DNA from: the human T2T-CHM13v2.0 reference genome, Homo sapiens
Length of the DNA stretch: 64,000 bases
NCBI RefSeq assembly: GCF_009914755.1
Contig: NC_060927.1
Strand: one strand, 5' to 3'
Below the pieces are notes generated by a model. The model saw nothing but the letters and a program-made list of their open reading frames with translations. It did no database searches and was not told the origin of the DNA. This document shows positions 1-19,131 of the stretch, piece after piece. Numbering within the stretch: position 1 is the stretch's first letter; every line of letters starts with the position of its first letter. The position numbers were made by a program, and so were the translations under genes.

Positions 1-4194
<4,194 letters not shown>

Positions 4195-4727
4195 TGGATA
4201 TTACAAAATAGAATCTTAGGTTATCATAGTTCATTCATTTAGCCAAAATAACTCAAAAATTTTTTAAAGGAAAAAACATTAGTCTGATAGAGAGGAGACT
4301 CAGCTTTCCAAACAAGACCCAATGAAGATAGCATGAGGCCAGCTGACTCTGTCTCCTTCCTTTCCTTTCCCCCGCTATTTCTTTTGTAGTTTATTTAAAA
4401 GGTAAACAAAAACCTTTCATTATCTTTTAATATTACATAAAAATCCTTTTTAAAAGAGAAAACCAAATTTTATGTTTCCATTTGCATATTTTTAATGTTA
4501 AAGCTAGCTTTTAATATTTTATAAATCTATTGTTTTAATTAGTTTGACCATAAGGTAAGATTTTTATAAACATTTTGTAACCCTTTACAGAGTTTTTCTC
4601 AGAGCAGAACAATGTTCTAAGAAAACTCTGTTGTGATTTTATTCCAATGTCCAATTTATGGAAAAAACTCAGTAATGCCATTTTAACTTTAGCCAATATG
4701 TTTACGCATAGAATCTCTTACAATTAA

Positions 4728-5038
<311 letters not shown>

Positions 5039-8000
5039 TCTTACAATTAATTTTTATAAACCTTCCACAACTTATTCAAACCTTCCATAACTTATTCAAA
5101 CTTATTTAATTTAAAACAATCCTTTAACCCTCTAACCTAGGCAAAAATTTACATTACCATACTTTCTTATAATCTCTTACAAAAAAACATTTCATTCTCC
5201 TTACACACCTTGCATGTAAACCTATTTTTTCAGTAGTCTCAATTACATATTACAATGTTAACTCTTACGACTTTTACTTTTGGTGAGAAAACCTTGGTAA
5301 GTAAGGGATTTTAATTATGTACTAGGTGTGGAGCCTAGGACCCAGACAGAAACGCAGATAAGGTCTGACTCTTTCCAGCCTCTAACTCCCCTTGTCCCTG
5401 GCCTTACCTAGCTATAAAGCAGGCAGGCTGTACATTTGAGTCATAGTGGCCTTTTATGAATCATTTAGGAGGCTTAATCACCTTTGAATTGTACAGCATT
5501 TCTGGCATAAATTCCTGTTCACAAATTCTTTCATGACTTACACAGACCATGTATGTCATGTTTAGACTTTCTGACTTGACCTAAACATCCCTCTTTTTAA
5601 ATAACCTGTCATTTTACCTTAGGACAAGAATTTACCATACAACATCCTTTCTTAGGTAAAATCTCTTTTCTTTATAACCTTCTTTGCATAGTTAGGGGGC
5701 ATGGCTAATTCCATATATCCCCAGGCCTTATTTAAAATGTAATGTCTCAAAAATAAATTGAACAATTTTTAAAAGTCAAAGCAGTTTATGACCTTAAAGC
5801 ATTTAGCAAACCTAATATCTGACCTGCATAATTTAGGTAAAATGTCTTTATTTTATCAATAATCTTTAGAGCTGTTTTTATTTCCCAAAGATTACTAAAG
5901 TTACATGAACTAAAAGGCATTATAGTTTTTATTTTGCTTTCAAAATATTTGATTTAAGCACTTATTTTTGTTTAAGCCAATTAATTAGAACTCTTTTATA
6001 TAAACATTACACACAACACATATAATTAGACAGACAGAAGAAGAGTACTACAGAAGTTGTAAGATTTTTCATTTACCAGTTTTTAAGTTTCTTAACTGGT
6101 TAATGGCTTTATGGTGGAGTCCTTGGAAGAACAGGGCCAGGAAATGGGTCTCTGGTGCCTCCTGTTTTTCCCAAGGAGTCCAGGCTGTTAGAGCTTGAAT
6201 GTCTACTTTTAGTTAAGCTTTCTTTTAACTGTAGCATTCTTTAATAAAGTCCTTTTAAAATTTCTTATTACCCAATTTCAGCCAGGCCAAATGGCTGATA
6301 TTTCTGGCTTTTGAACTTTACCAAAGGTAACCTCCCAGGTGGTGCTCAGAGAAAGAAAAATGTAAGTTAGTCCATGGAGAAGAGGCTGTACAAGGTCATG
6401 CGGATATTAAACCAGAAAGGACCTGCTTCTAAGTAGGAAATTGAACGTGGACTGCCAGCATGAAAGGGCAAAGCCTAAGTTACTGAGCTACAGCACAGGG
6501 CGGTCTTCACTGTACTTCTTAGAAGGAGTCTAGAGTAGTTAATTTTGAGCTTGCAAAGGCTTTTAACTACTCAAGATAATTTTTAGAGCTAACTATGACA
6601 TAAACCCTAAAATCCCCATTCCCTGGAAGGCGGAGACCAAGAGAAAGTTCCTCAACCTGGTTACAAGGTCAAGCTCCCAAGGACATAAAACAAGATGAGA
6701 CCCCATCCAGTTTTTTTGTTTGTTTCAGGGACCTGCAGGAAAGTTTGTTATTGACCAGCTTGTTGAGCTGTCTTGAGCAGCAAGCTTATGGAGTCCTAAG
6801 CCCATATTTTATCCTAAGGTACCCCTTGACACAGAAAAACAAATTCATAGCACAAATACATCAGTTTAAGACTAGCCTCAGAATTATTTTTCGCATTAAT
6901 CAAAACTATACAGAAGAGAAATATAGTGATTTTTACCATTTCTGTAAGATTTTGCCATTTCTGTAAGACTTCACAACCGTTTGCCAGAGAGAGAGAGAGA
7001 AGCCAGAAGTCTGACTGGTAAGAAATTCTTACCCTTTTGCCAGCATGCCAGGCTTCTGGGTTCCTTTTCCCTGAGCAGCCCCAGTGATCCAGCTTGCACC
7101 ATCATGCTGGGGGCCAAGTAGCATCATAAAGGAAATTTACCTTTTTTCGTCTGGCTAGAACAAAATATGTGTGACAAAACATAGACATTAGCCCCTCTGC
7201 TGAGCACCCAATATCAAACTGGCAAGGCTCAAACTTGCCCTTGGTTGGGCCCCATCATGGTTAATGCAACCTCTGACCAGGAATTTCAACACGTGGTCTC
7301 TGGGCAAGATGGTCACCCTGAATAATAGAAAAGATAAGAAAGGCAAAGGAGAGAGAGAACAGCATTGCCTGTGGCAGGGTGGGGAAGGCAAAATGATCAG
7401 AGAGACCAGAGAAAGACCCACCTATTGCAGCAACACTGAAAAGTTCAGGTGGCTGCTTCTTGGTAGCAAAGGGATCTTTTCCAGCAGTCCCGTCAGCTCT
7501 CGTTTCCCCTTTTGAAGGAGGAAAAAACTCCCCATGTCGAACCCCTCTGTATGTGCCTAATTTTGTCACCCATAGTCATCAGCAAAGAGTGCAAGGCAGA
7601 TTATTCCAAAGAGAAGAGCAGTTGGCATCCCGTAGTGCCAAATCCATACTTAGCCAAAAGGTACTTTACCAAGAGCCCTCATTTTTAAATGTACTTCAAT
7701 GTATTGTTCATTCCGAACGTTCCACTGTAAGTTATCTTAAGATTTTGCCATTTCTGTAAAACTTCATTGCTTCCCAGGCCTAATGTATAAGCCAGAAGGA
7801 ACACAGTTTACCAGAAATTAAGGATACAATTTTTACCAAAAATATTGGCTTTACTGTCAGGTTCTCCTGATTAACTTAGCCAATGATTTTTTTCCTACCT
7901 AAGCCCACCAGAAAAATGAAACAAACGGGTAGAACACAAAAATCCCAGTGAATTTTCAAAAGCCAAATTTTATAACCCCTGCAATGTATCTGGTTACTAC

Positions 8001-8296
8001 CAGTTCCTTTTTGACTCAGTAAGAGGCCTCTAACTGGATCCAAGCCAGTTAATTCCCAGGTCAAATCTGTTTCTGAACCCAGTCCAGTTTCTGTCACAAC
8101 TCCAAACCCAGTTTGGATCAGAAATTTGCTCAAAGAAACTCGGCTCAAAACACAAATCCATGGAGCTCTGAAATCTGAGAGGGAGCTTACCCACGATCCC
8201 CAGCTGCTCTGAGAGATCAATGGACACAAGTGGGTCTTGCAGCTACCTTGTGTGTTCATTCAGTGCTCCTGGGAGTTGCTGGAACCTCCGCTTCAG

Positions 8297-8314
8297 ATCC
8301 CACTTCTGACACCA
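8297..8314 (-). other. Retroviral primer-binding site complementary to tRNA-Leu(CAA) 3' end
   Basis: Minus strand TGGTGTCAGAAGTGGGAT begins 2 nt after the LTR 3' end; plus strand ATCCCACTTCTGACACCA matches the recalled 3' 18 nt of tRNA-Leu(CAA) including CCA. Confidence 0.85.
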
Positions 8315-8316
8315 CC

Positions 8317-8732
8317 TGATAAAAGAAAATCTTCAGCCGAATTAAATTTAAAGGAGTTTAGTTGAGCAATGAACAGTTCATGAATCGGGCAGCCCCCAGA
8401 ATCACAGCAGATTCAGAGAGACTCCAGGGATGCCTCGTGGTCAGAACAAATTTATAGACAAAAAAGGACAGGAATGCGAAGTGAGGTACAGAAACAGCTA
8501 GATTGGTTACAGCTCAGAGTTTGCCTTATTTGAACACAGTTTGAACATTTAGCAGTTTATGTTGAAGTACGGCCGTTGGGATTGGCCAGCACTCTGCTAT
8601 TGTTACAAGTGCATACTATTAAGTTAGGTTTTCAATTTTGTCTGACTATTAAGCTAGGTTACTGTTCATCCATAAGGACTCAAATGTAGAAGTACGGAGT
8701 CCTTCTCAGGCCATATTTAGTTTGCTTTAACA
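8317..8732 (-). mobile_element. 5' LTR, MER57A1-like (ERV1)
   Basis: Minus strand starts TGTTAAAGCAAACTAAATATGGCCTGAGAAGGACTCC and ends TTTTCTTTTATCA, followed by the PBS. Confidence 0.85.
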
Positions 8733-8734
8733 AT

Positions 8735-8855
8735 CTGTAAAAGTCACTATAATAACAAACCCTACTTCAGGTAGTTACAATGATTTAAGGAGTTAATATT
8801 TTTAAAGAGCTTTGAATAGCACTTGGCACATAGTACATGCTAAAGTATTTGTTAA
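8735..8855 (+). mobile_element. MIR 3' fragment
   Basis: MIR-type tail (TCTGTAAAA...GCACTTGGCACATAGTA). Confidence 0.55.
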
Positions 8856-8868
8856 AGAAATAAACATA

Positions 8869-9146
<278 letters not shown>

Positions 9147-9848
9147 TCAATTGATTCTTATGTGGCAATTTATAAGTAAATTGACATAAATCTGCATGTA
9201 TTTATATGGCATGTACATCTTCTTATCAATGCTATTTTTTATTGTTACTTTTACATTCTAAGGTTCTGGAAGGTATGAACCCCACTTACTTTTCCAAGGC
9301 AGATATGTAATAGTATTTCAGTATATAAAAGTAATCCATAATTGGTTGTGATGAGTGTTGTGGTGAATAAAATACTTAAAGACCCCTGAATTAAAAACTT
9401 AAATTCATCCAAATCTGAAATAAATTGAACTCTATAATCTGAAATGTAAGGAAATGAAAATAATAATAAAATATAACTGTATTTGAATTATAATCCAAAA
9501 CATTTTTATTTTTCTCATCATGATCACTGTATTTTTTATACATGTTTTTAATGAATTTGTAATCAGAACCTAACTAGCAGTGGAGTAACATGTCCTTTTC
9601 TTTTGCAGCTATAGAAAGAACTCAACAAAGAAATCTTGAAGAATGACTTTTAGCAGCAACAATAGAAGACAAAACAACAGAACTCACAGCTCTGGTAAAA
9701 CAAACAAAAAAAACCCCAAAAACAAAAAGCATTATTTCTTTATATTTCAGGGAAATTTTACTTCATGTTAAATTTATAGTTTAGTTGAATTGTGGGACCA
9801 AAAAACTCCGGAAATCATATAATAGAACAAAAGTTCTTAAATATCTTA

Positions 9849-9850
9849 AC

Positions 9851-9883
<33 letters not shown>
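9849..9883. repeat. (CA)n microsatellite
   Basis: Imperfect ACACACATACAC run. Confidence 0.9.
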
Positions 9884-10659
9884 GACTTAGTATGGTAATA
9901 GTTGAAGCAGGACATGTTTTAAATGGTGATTTTTTTCTGAATTTCTGATTTACACCTGCCCCAGTCCCCTAAAAACCTGATGGATAAGAATCCGAATTTT
10001 CATGTTAAATAGTTAACATAAGGATAACTTAATTTTTTTTTAGATTAAGCCAATTGAAAATTGAGACATAATATATAGGACCCTATAAAGGAATTAAGTT
10101 TTTCTAGCTTTGATCAGCGGGAATTTCTGAGAGGAATGCTATACTTTCAGAAGATAACATGCAAAGAAGGGACAGAATTTTGGAACATTTATACCACATT
10201 AGACTCAAAGCTTTACCCACTGTTTTTCCCTTTAGAAGACCTACCTTTCAGTTTCTATTCCTGCACGGTCTCATTAAACATGAAACTCTAAATTTGTTCT
10301 GAATTCATGACTAAAGCACTACCATTTGCTTTGAAGTTATTTCAGCTCATTCGAAAAGGCCTCTTTGGGTAAATTGTTGTGAAATCGTAATGTCTGGGGT
10401 GAGTAGGATGGCAGTGGCACAGTGCATGGTGCATGCTGTCAAGGGAGTGTGGCACCTGGACACAGGCCTGAGATGTATCTCAGATCATCTGAGAACAAGC
10501 AATGAGAGTGGCAGGATTGGCTGGTTTAGTGAGCAAGAAAGCACTAACAGCCACGATGCCTAGGAGCCTGGCTGTTCTTCAGGCTCTACTGATAGATGCA
10601 CCTTCCCATGGATTACGGGAGAAAGTCTATCTCTGATATATAATTCTGCATTGCATTTC

Positions 10660-10963
10660 TTTCTTTCTTTTTTTTTTTTTCTTTTTTGAGACAAAGTCTC
10701 TCTCTGCTACCTAGGCTGGAATGCAGTGGTGTGATCTCTGCCACTGCAACATTCGCCTCCCGGGTTCAAGTGATTCTCATGCCTTAGCCTCTCAAGTAAC
10801 TGGGACTACAGGTACGTGCCACCACGCCCAGCTAATTTTTGTATTTTTAGTGTAGATGGGGTTTCTCCATGTTGGCCAGGCTGGTCTCAAACTCCTCAAG
10901 CAACACTTCCACCTCCGCCTTCCAAAGTGCTGGGATTACAGGCATGGGCCACCACGCCTGTCC
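10660..10963 (-). mobile_element. AluS
   Basis: Reverse Alu with T tail; CATTTCTTT repeated on both flanks. Confidence 0.93.
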
Positions 10964-11306
10964 ACATTTCTTTAACTGTTAGCTCAACAGGCTCAATCCT
11001 CCTGATGTTAACGGTTTGGATCAGTTGGGAAACACATCCTTGCTTTGTGCAGCTTACCAGCCCATAAACAATGTGCCTTAGAATTTCTAAAAAGTGGAGC
11101 AGACCCTAATCTGAAGAACATGCTGGTGAAAGCCATTGTTGGTCATTTTGAAGCTATAAAGTGAAGTTAATGCCGTATAAAATTATTTTGTTTTAGGATC
11201 CAGCCTTTGTTAAACTGTATGGTTATTTAATTTTGTAGCAAAGGCATTCACACAAAAGATAAACTGATGAGCAAATTAGATCCTACCCTCAGAGGAACTG
11301 TAAGTG

Positions 11307-11952
11307 CAGTTAATTCTTATTTGAAGTAGCTATGTTCTATAAAGTTGCCACCAACCCTGAGTTAGGGAACACAGAGCCACTGCTCCTAGGGTAAAGACAG
11401 GGTTAGGTTCCTGTGAGCCTCGGGTCACAACATTTTCATTAATCGATCATTATGCAACCTTGTTTTGTTGATGTTTCTATTTAGAAATACCTTATTTAAT
11501 ATATATTGTTGATTCATTAACATTGAATTCATAGCCAACAGCATCATAGCTCATGCCTGAGTGAAGTTTCTCTCACATGTATTTTCTCCATAAGGTACAT
11601 CACAGCCTTCTTGCACTTAGGTACACTAGACAGCACTTCTGTACTACGATTGGGGCCATTTTAAACAGCAGAATCACCAACAAAAAGCACAAAATATGGA
11701 AAATGTGACTCTAGCTAGACTGTGACACTTGTTGACAGTATGATTGCTTCTAGAGTGGAACAAGAAGGCCAGGCATCACCTCATTCTACCTCAGCTGGGA
11801 AAGTGAGCACTGGGAAACTCACATTTTTCACCACTTGGCACGTTCATGAATGACTGAGAAATGGCAATGAATATTAATTTTGGGGTTACAAATAAATTTT
11901 AGCAATAGGCATATTTGCAAATATGGAATAAGTAAATAATGAAGATCATTAT
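11307..11952. mobile_element. MER82-like TcMar-Tigger non-autonomous DNA transposon
   Basis: ~650 bp resembling recalled MER82 consensus (CAGTT...GTTCTATAAAGT...TTTTGGGGTTACAAATAAATTTTAGC...AATAATGAAGATC); decayed TIRs. Confidence 0.75.
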
Positions 11953-12770
11953 TTACATGCATTTCATGATAATATGAAAGACAACCAGAAACCAGAAAAG
12001 CTGTAAATGGTGTCTTGGGCATTATAAGAGGAGGATTAGGGCCTTCTACATCACTTTTTAGGATGCTTCCTGCTGCCTACCACAAGCCTGGATTAGGACT
12101 TGTCAGGGGTCCCACCTTCGTCAGAGCCTGAATCACACTTCGTGGTATTTGTTGGTTTAAGGTGCTGTCTCTAGTGAGACTAAATTCCTAACAGCAGGGT
12201 TCAGACTTAACTGTGTAGTTTACCCAGCACCTACGGTAATGCATAGCACATAGCACCAGGGATTTTGTCGAAGGTTTGGAGTCATTAGTATTCATTTCAT
12301 AAAGGAATAGGTATTTGATATAGAGCCTAAAGTCCTAGTACAATTTTTAAAATGTTTTTATCTCTAAATTTTTCACTTTATATCTCTAAATTTTTAGTTT
12401 ATACCTCCATATGCTTTTTTTCTTTTTTATATAAACACAATACCATTATTATGTAGTAAGATTTTGGTGAGTAGGAGTTTGGGAAAGGGCATTCTAAGCA
12501 GAGGGAAGATGATCAAAGAAGGGATTCAGGTGAGAGATGCGGGTCCCATGGAGGTGAAACCCCCAGTTTGGCACATCCAAGGGTACATAAAGGGGGGCAA
12601 TCCTAAGTCGTACCCAAATGCAGGTTAGACTCATGCAGCGGAAAGCCACGGAATGCCAGGCAGCTTTACTCCTCAATTTGAAAGGTTGCAGGAACCCTTA
12701 AGGAAACCTAAGTGAACAGCAGAGGGATGAGGTGCTTTAGAAAGGTTAATATGGTTAATAGGGTAGGTTA

Positions 12771-13217
<447 letters not shown>

Positions 13218-13759
13218 TTAATAATATAATAAAGCAAAAATTCTTCTTGCAGAGATCATGTTCAATACCAAAAAGGCTCAAAATAAAAAGATTACTCTTT
13301 GTCAGAAAGCTTGGCATAGCAAGGTTATATTTAAGCACTATTATAGACCTGCATAACCAATCATCTTTGAGGAAAATGGTTTTGCCATCACCAGAGTTTA
13401 AGGTAAAAACCACATCCAATTTAAAATGTATAATGTGTTGTTATAGGAACTGTCAAATCAGGTGTCTTATACGTAGTAACAGTTTAGGAAAATGAGCTGA
13501 CTGCAGTAAGATTTAGAAGATGGTTTCCTTGGTGAGTTTGAGTTTTGAAGTATAAACACATTGGGAACAGAGGTGAATATCAACTATATGCCATAGTCAT
13601 AAATCATTAGCTTTCATCACAAGGCAGGCCAATATACATATGTTTAATTTATATATTTAATTAATACATATTTTGTCTAAAATTAAAGTTAACTGGAATG
13701 TTTTATCCATGGACAACTTAGTGACTTGATTTGTATTACGTAAGGCTAGCAGGACATAG

Positions 13760-14238
<479 letters not shown>

Positions 14239-14342
14239 AGGACCTGAGCTTTATTGTCATCAGGAGGAGTAGAAAGAAGAAAGTCAATCGATAAAGAATC
14301 CCCTGCTTCTCCTTTTTGACTGGCTCTTATACTCTAGACACT

Positions 14343-14654
14343 CACCATCTAACAGAAATATAATGGGAGTCATGTACATAATTTTAAGTTTCTAACAGCC
14401 ACATTAAAAAAGGAAAAGGCAATAGGTGAAATTAATTTTTAAAATGTATTTTATTTAAAGCCATATATCCAAAATACCATTTAAACATATAATCAGGAAA
14501 AAAAATCAATGAGATCTTACATTCCTTTTTTGGTACCAAGTCTTTGAAATCTGGTGTGTATTGTGCACTTACAGCACATCTCGACGTGACCTAGCCACAT
14601 TTCAAGTACTGAATGGCCATGTGTGATTAGTGTCCACCACATTGGACAGTGAAG
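14343..14654. mobile_element. MER33-like hAT-Charlie DNA transposon
   Basis: Resembles recalled MER33 (AGAAATATAATG...CTAGCCACATTTCAAGT...ATTGGACAG). Confidence 0.75.
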
Positions 14655-15441
14655 CTCTACACATAACAAGCTGTCCAGGAGGCTCCTGGTTAACTGTGCT
14701 GTCCTCACCTTGCATATGCTATTCTCTCTGCCAGAAGTGCCATTCTCCTGCTTGTGCATCTGGTAAACCTTAGTCTTGCCACAAGAGCTAGCTCAAACTC
14801 TGCCTCCCTGGAGAGGCTTTGCCTCTATCCCTGAGACAGGTATAGGTTCTTCCTGAAATGAAAGTTAGAAGAGAAACTGAGGGGTGGAGAAGGGGAAGCA
14901 CTTGGGAGATGTGAGAGAAATACCAGTCTATGGAAGCCAGAAGAAGAGAGAACATGAGGAGTAAAGGGGTAGGATGTCATTCATGTCATGTGTAACTCAG
15001 ATAGGAGAAACACTGAAAAAAGGCTGTGGAATTCCATAACCGAATGCCCATGGTCATCTCTGACAGAGCACTTTCCGCCTGAGTAGCTAAGCGAAAGCAA
15101 GGTGAGGGTAGGGATTAAGTAGGAAACGAAGAAGCTGAGGTTACACTATTTAAGAACAGAAGACACAGCTCCATGGCCAACTGGAGGGTTTTTTTAGGCA
15201 AAGGGAAATCTAAGCATGTTTAAACATGACCAGGAAGAAGGTAATAAAAAAAGAGCTGTATGGTTTAATTGTGACAGTTAGAAAATATAATTTTTTAAAA
15301 AAGGTAATATTTATGGTAATAGCAAAACCAATAAGTAGGAACATACTTGAAAAAAGATGCTTAATTTTTTATGGGGGAATTACAAACACAACTGAAAGAC
15401 ATAAAAGGGGACCTAAAGAAATGGAGATCTACCATGCCTTT

Positions 15442-15790
15442 TGTATTAGTCCATTTTCATACTGTTATGAAGAAATACCCAAGACTGGGTAATTTATACA
15501 GAAAAAGAGGTTTAATGGACTCACAGTTCCACATGGCTGGGGAGGCCTCACAATCATGGCAGAAGGTGAAGGAGGAGCAAAGGCATGTCTTACATGGCAG
15601 CAGGCAACAGAGCATGTGCAGGGAAGTGCCCCTTACAAAACCATCAGATCTCGTGAGACTTACTCACTATCACGAGAACAGCACGGGAAAAAACCCACCG
15701 CCATGATTCAATTACCTCCATGACACCTGGGGATAATGGAAGCTACGATTCAAGATGAGATTTGGGTGGGGACACAGCCAAACCACATCA
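15442..15790 (-). mobile_element. THE1/MST (ERVL-MaLR) solo LTR
   Basis: TG...CA ends; 5-bp TSD CCTTT (15437-15441, 15791-15795); minus strand begins TGATGTGGTTTGGCTGTGTCCCCACCCAAATCTCATC. Confidence 0.93.
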
Positions 15791-15927
15791 CCTTTGTTGG
15801 GGAAAACTCAACATTGAAAAGCTAACCATTCTCTCCGGATTAATTTATAAATTCACAGCAGTCCCAACCAGAATCCTCAAGGTTTCCAGGAAACTTGGCT
15901 AGTTGATTCTAAATTTATGTAGAACCA

Positions 15928-16100
15928 CTGGGCACAGTGGCTCTGGCATGTAATCTTAGCACTTTGGGAAGCTGAGGCAGCAAGATCGCTTGAGGTCAGG
16001 AATTCAAGACCAGCCTGGGCAACATAGCAAGACTCCATCTCTACAAAAAAATTAAGTTAGCTAGGCATGGCGGCATGCACCTGTAGTCCTAGCTACTCAG
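15928..16100 (+). mobile_element. Partial Alu (left arm and start of right arm)
   Basis: CTGGGCACAGTGGCTC...AGACCAGCCTGGGCAACATAG...CCTGTAGTCCTAGCTACTC. Confidence 0.85.
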
Positions 16101-16309
16101 GCGCTATTAGCTATTCAGAATTGAGTAAATACTGCTGGGGCAATTAGCTATTCATATAGAAATAGGTCATTTTGGATGCCTATTTCATATTGGTTACTGA
16201 ATTTCCAGGTAGTTTAAAGACCTAAATGTGCAGTACAAACTTAAAAACATGAAGAGAGGCTTCTGCTGTGGGCCATGATGGAGTTACACGGATGAGATTT
16301 ACCTCCCCT

Positions 16310-17045
16310 ACCCCTACTCCTATTAAAACTGTATTGGAAGTTCTAGCCAGTGCAATAAAGCAAGAAAAAGAAATAAAAGATATTCAGACTGAAAAAGAAA
16401 AAGTAAACTGTCTTTACTCACAAATGACATGATCATTCCATGTAAAAGAAATTCTAAGAAATCCACAACAAGCTATTAGAACTAATAAGTGTGCTAGTTC
16501 AGTATACAAAAATCAGTTGTATTTCTGTATACTTGTCAGAAGTTGAAATTGAAAAAGCAAACCATTTAGAATAACATTAAAATGTTATGAAATACTTAGG
16601 AATAAACTAGGTAAAATATGTGCAAGACTTACACACAGAAAACCACAGAACACTGATGAGAGAAATATAAGAATATCAAAATAGAGGGAGAGGTGTACAA
16701 TTTTCAGGAATCAGAAGACTTGACATTGCTAAGGTGTCAGTTTTTCCTAACTTGATCTAGTGGTTCACGGTAATCTCGATCAAAATCCCAGCAGGCTTTT
16801 TTGGTAGAAATGGACAAATTGACTATAAATTTTATATGGAAATGGAAAGGACTTAGTAAACCCAAAACAACTTTGAAAAAGAACAAAGCTGGAGAATTTG
16901 CACTACCTTAGTATAGGACAGTGTTTTATTGGTGAAATAATAGATATATAGTTTGATGGAGCAGGAGGGAGTCTAGAAGTCAGCCCACATATTTATGGTC
17001 AACTAATTTTTGACAGAAGTGTTAAGGCAGCAAATGGGAAAAGGC
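16310..17045 (+). mobile_element. Old L1M ORF2 fragment ending abruptly at the V1R pseudogene
   Basis: Degenerate L1 ORF2 sequence (GGAAGTTCTAGCCAGTGCAATAAAGCAAGAAAAAGAAATAAAAG...GGTCAACTAATTTTTGACA); no 3' UTR or poly(A). Confidence 0.8.
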
Positions 17046-17804
17046 ACATGAACACAAAGAAACTCACGAGCAAAAGAATGCTCTGGATGGCCCTTTTATC
17101 TGGGGGTGCTTTTGGAGAAAGGTTGATACTATGAAGATGCTGAGACTGCCTGTTATGCCTGCACAAGAGAATCACCATGTATCCACTGAAGGGGGCCATG
17201 AGCCCTGCAAGGGAGACATCCTGAAATGTCATCAGTGTGAAAATTGTCTGCCCAAGGAAGCAACTCAGGGGCCCAGCAGAGCAGGATTGAGTGACAAATG
17301 TAACACTATTTGAGGCAACATTTTTGGAGGGAAGAGTGGAGACTAAGAAGCTTCCACTAATGGATATGTGGAAGACCCACAGCAAGAGAAAGCAACGCGG
17401 TTTGTGATGTGAGGATCTCTGAACATTGCCAAACGGGAGCTCCTTGGGGTGAGGTTGATGGCCTGGAGGACACTCAACAGGCAGGTGGTGGAAATGGAGA
17501 GGCCTCTCATCAACCTGTACCTGTAGATAACTGACTTATGTTTGATATCATCCCCCGAATCCTGAGACGCAGAAATATCTGTAGCTATGAACCCCTTGGG
17601 CAACAACATATCACGCAGCAACACGATATGGATTAGGGCCACGTGACCAATGATCAGGTCAGTGGGTTTGGTCCTGTACTTGAGAAGGCACGTGAGGACG
17701 TGGAAGAGAAGGAGGATGGCATTGGCTGAGATCCCAATGCCGACTTCAGAGAAAGCAGCATTTCTTATGGCTATGAAACTGGAAAGTTTGTTGTTTTTAT
17801 TCAT
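17045..17804 (-). pseudogene. Vomeronasal type-1 receptor (VN1R/V1R) pseudogene, frameshifted and 3'-truncated
   Basis: ORF 17343-17804 has V1R TM1-3 motifs (GIGISANAILLLFH, KPTDLIIGHVALIH, RLMRGLSISTTCLLSVLQAINLTPR). ORF 16999-17385 continues in another frame with GYMVILLCRHNRQSQHLHSINLSPK...RAIQSILLLVSFFVFM; TM7 missing. Specific VN1R number not assigned. Confidence 0.93.
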
Positions 17805-18202
17805 CTTATGGGGAAAATAAGCACATAGTTAATGTCTAGGGAGAAAAGCAACAAAAATATCACAAATATTACTACCTTCACCAATCTCAACCAACACTAT
17901 TGCCATCATCAAAATACATTAATTAATTCTGATGCATCTTTTCCCCCTTCAGTACTGGACCCCCTCTTCACACCCTCCTGGAAGCCATCCCCACCCTCTC
18001 TCTTCTCCCATGACTATGCCATCATGGCTGGACTATGATTCCCATTGCTGGGCCTCCATATTACTTCCATAGTACAACTCCCTATTATTGGGAAGGCATT
18101 TTCTTATTTTTACCATAGTTCTACTTCTTCATAGGCAGGAGCAATGAGTTGTTTCCATTTGTATTTGCAGAAACCTGGTAAAGTTCCAGGTACAGAACAT
18201 AG

Positions 18203-18553
<351 letters not shown>

Positions 18554-19131
18554 TGACTTGAATTTAAACCTCGATCTGGCATTTACTAAATGTGTGGTCT
18601 ACAGTGGTCATCTATACACCTGAACCCTGATTATCTCAGCTGTAAATACAGAGAATCATATTACTTACTTCTAGAGATGTTATTTGTGTGGAAAAAAAAT
18701 AACTAAATGTATCAAATGTGGATAGTATTTGGCAAATAATGATCTCCACTGAAATTTCAACTATTATGCTTATATAATTCCTTGTACATGTGATTGAGAG
18801 AATGCAGTTATTTTAATAAATTTCCAGCTTCATTCATGCTTAAAAGGGCATGGAGAAATGCGCACCAAAATAGCAGACTTTCAACAATCTCTGTTCTTAG
18901 GACATTGATGGGATTTAAAGTCTTTTCTCTGAATCCCTGAAGATAGTTATGTAGTTAAAACTCATGCCAGAAAACCCTAGTCTAAATGAGTAGAGTCAAC
19001 TTATCAATTATTAGCAGGACCACATTCCAAAATTTCTTTTCTCTCCATTCTTAAGCACATGGAAACAGTGGTAACTAGCGTCATAATTTAATTAGATTGG
19101 AATAATTTTTTCCACAGACATAATTAGAAGA

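Noticed and set aside
8297-8314. tRNA-Leu-like sequence as a tRNA gene
   Set aside because: Only the 3' 18 nt with encoded CCA, adjacent to an LTR, so it is a PBS.
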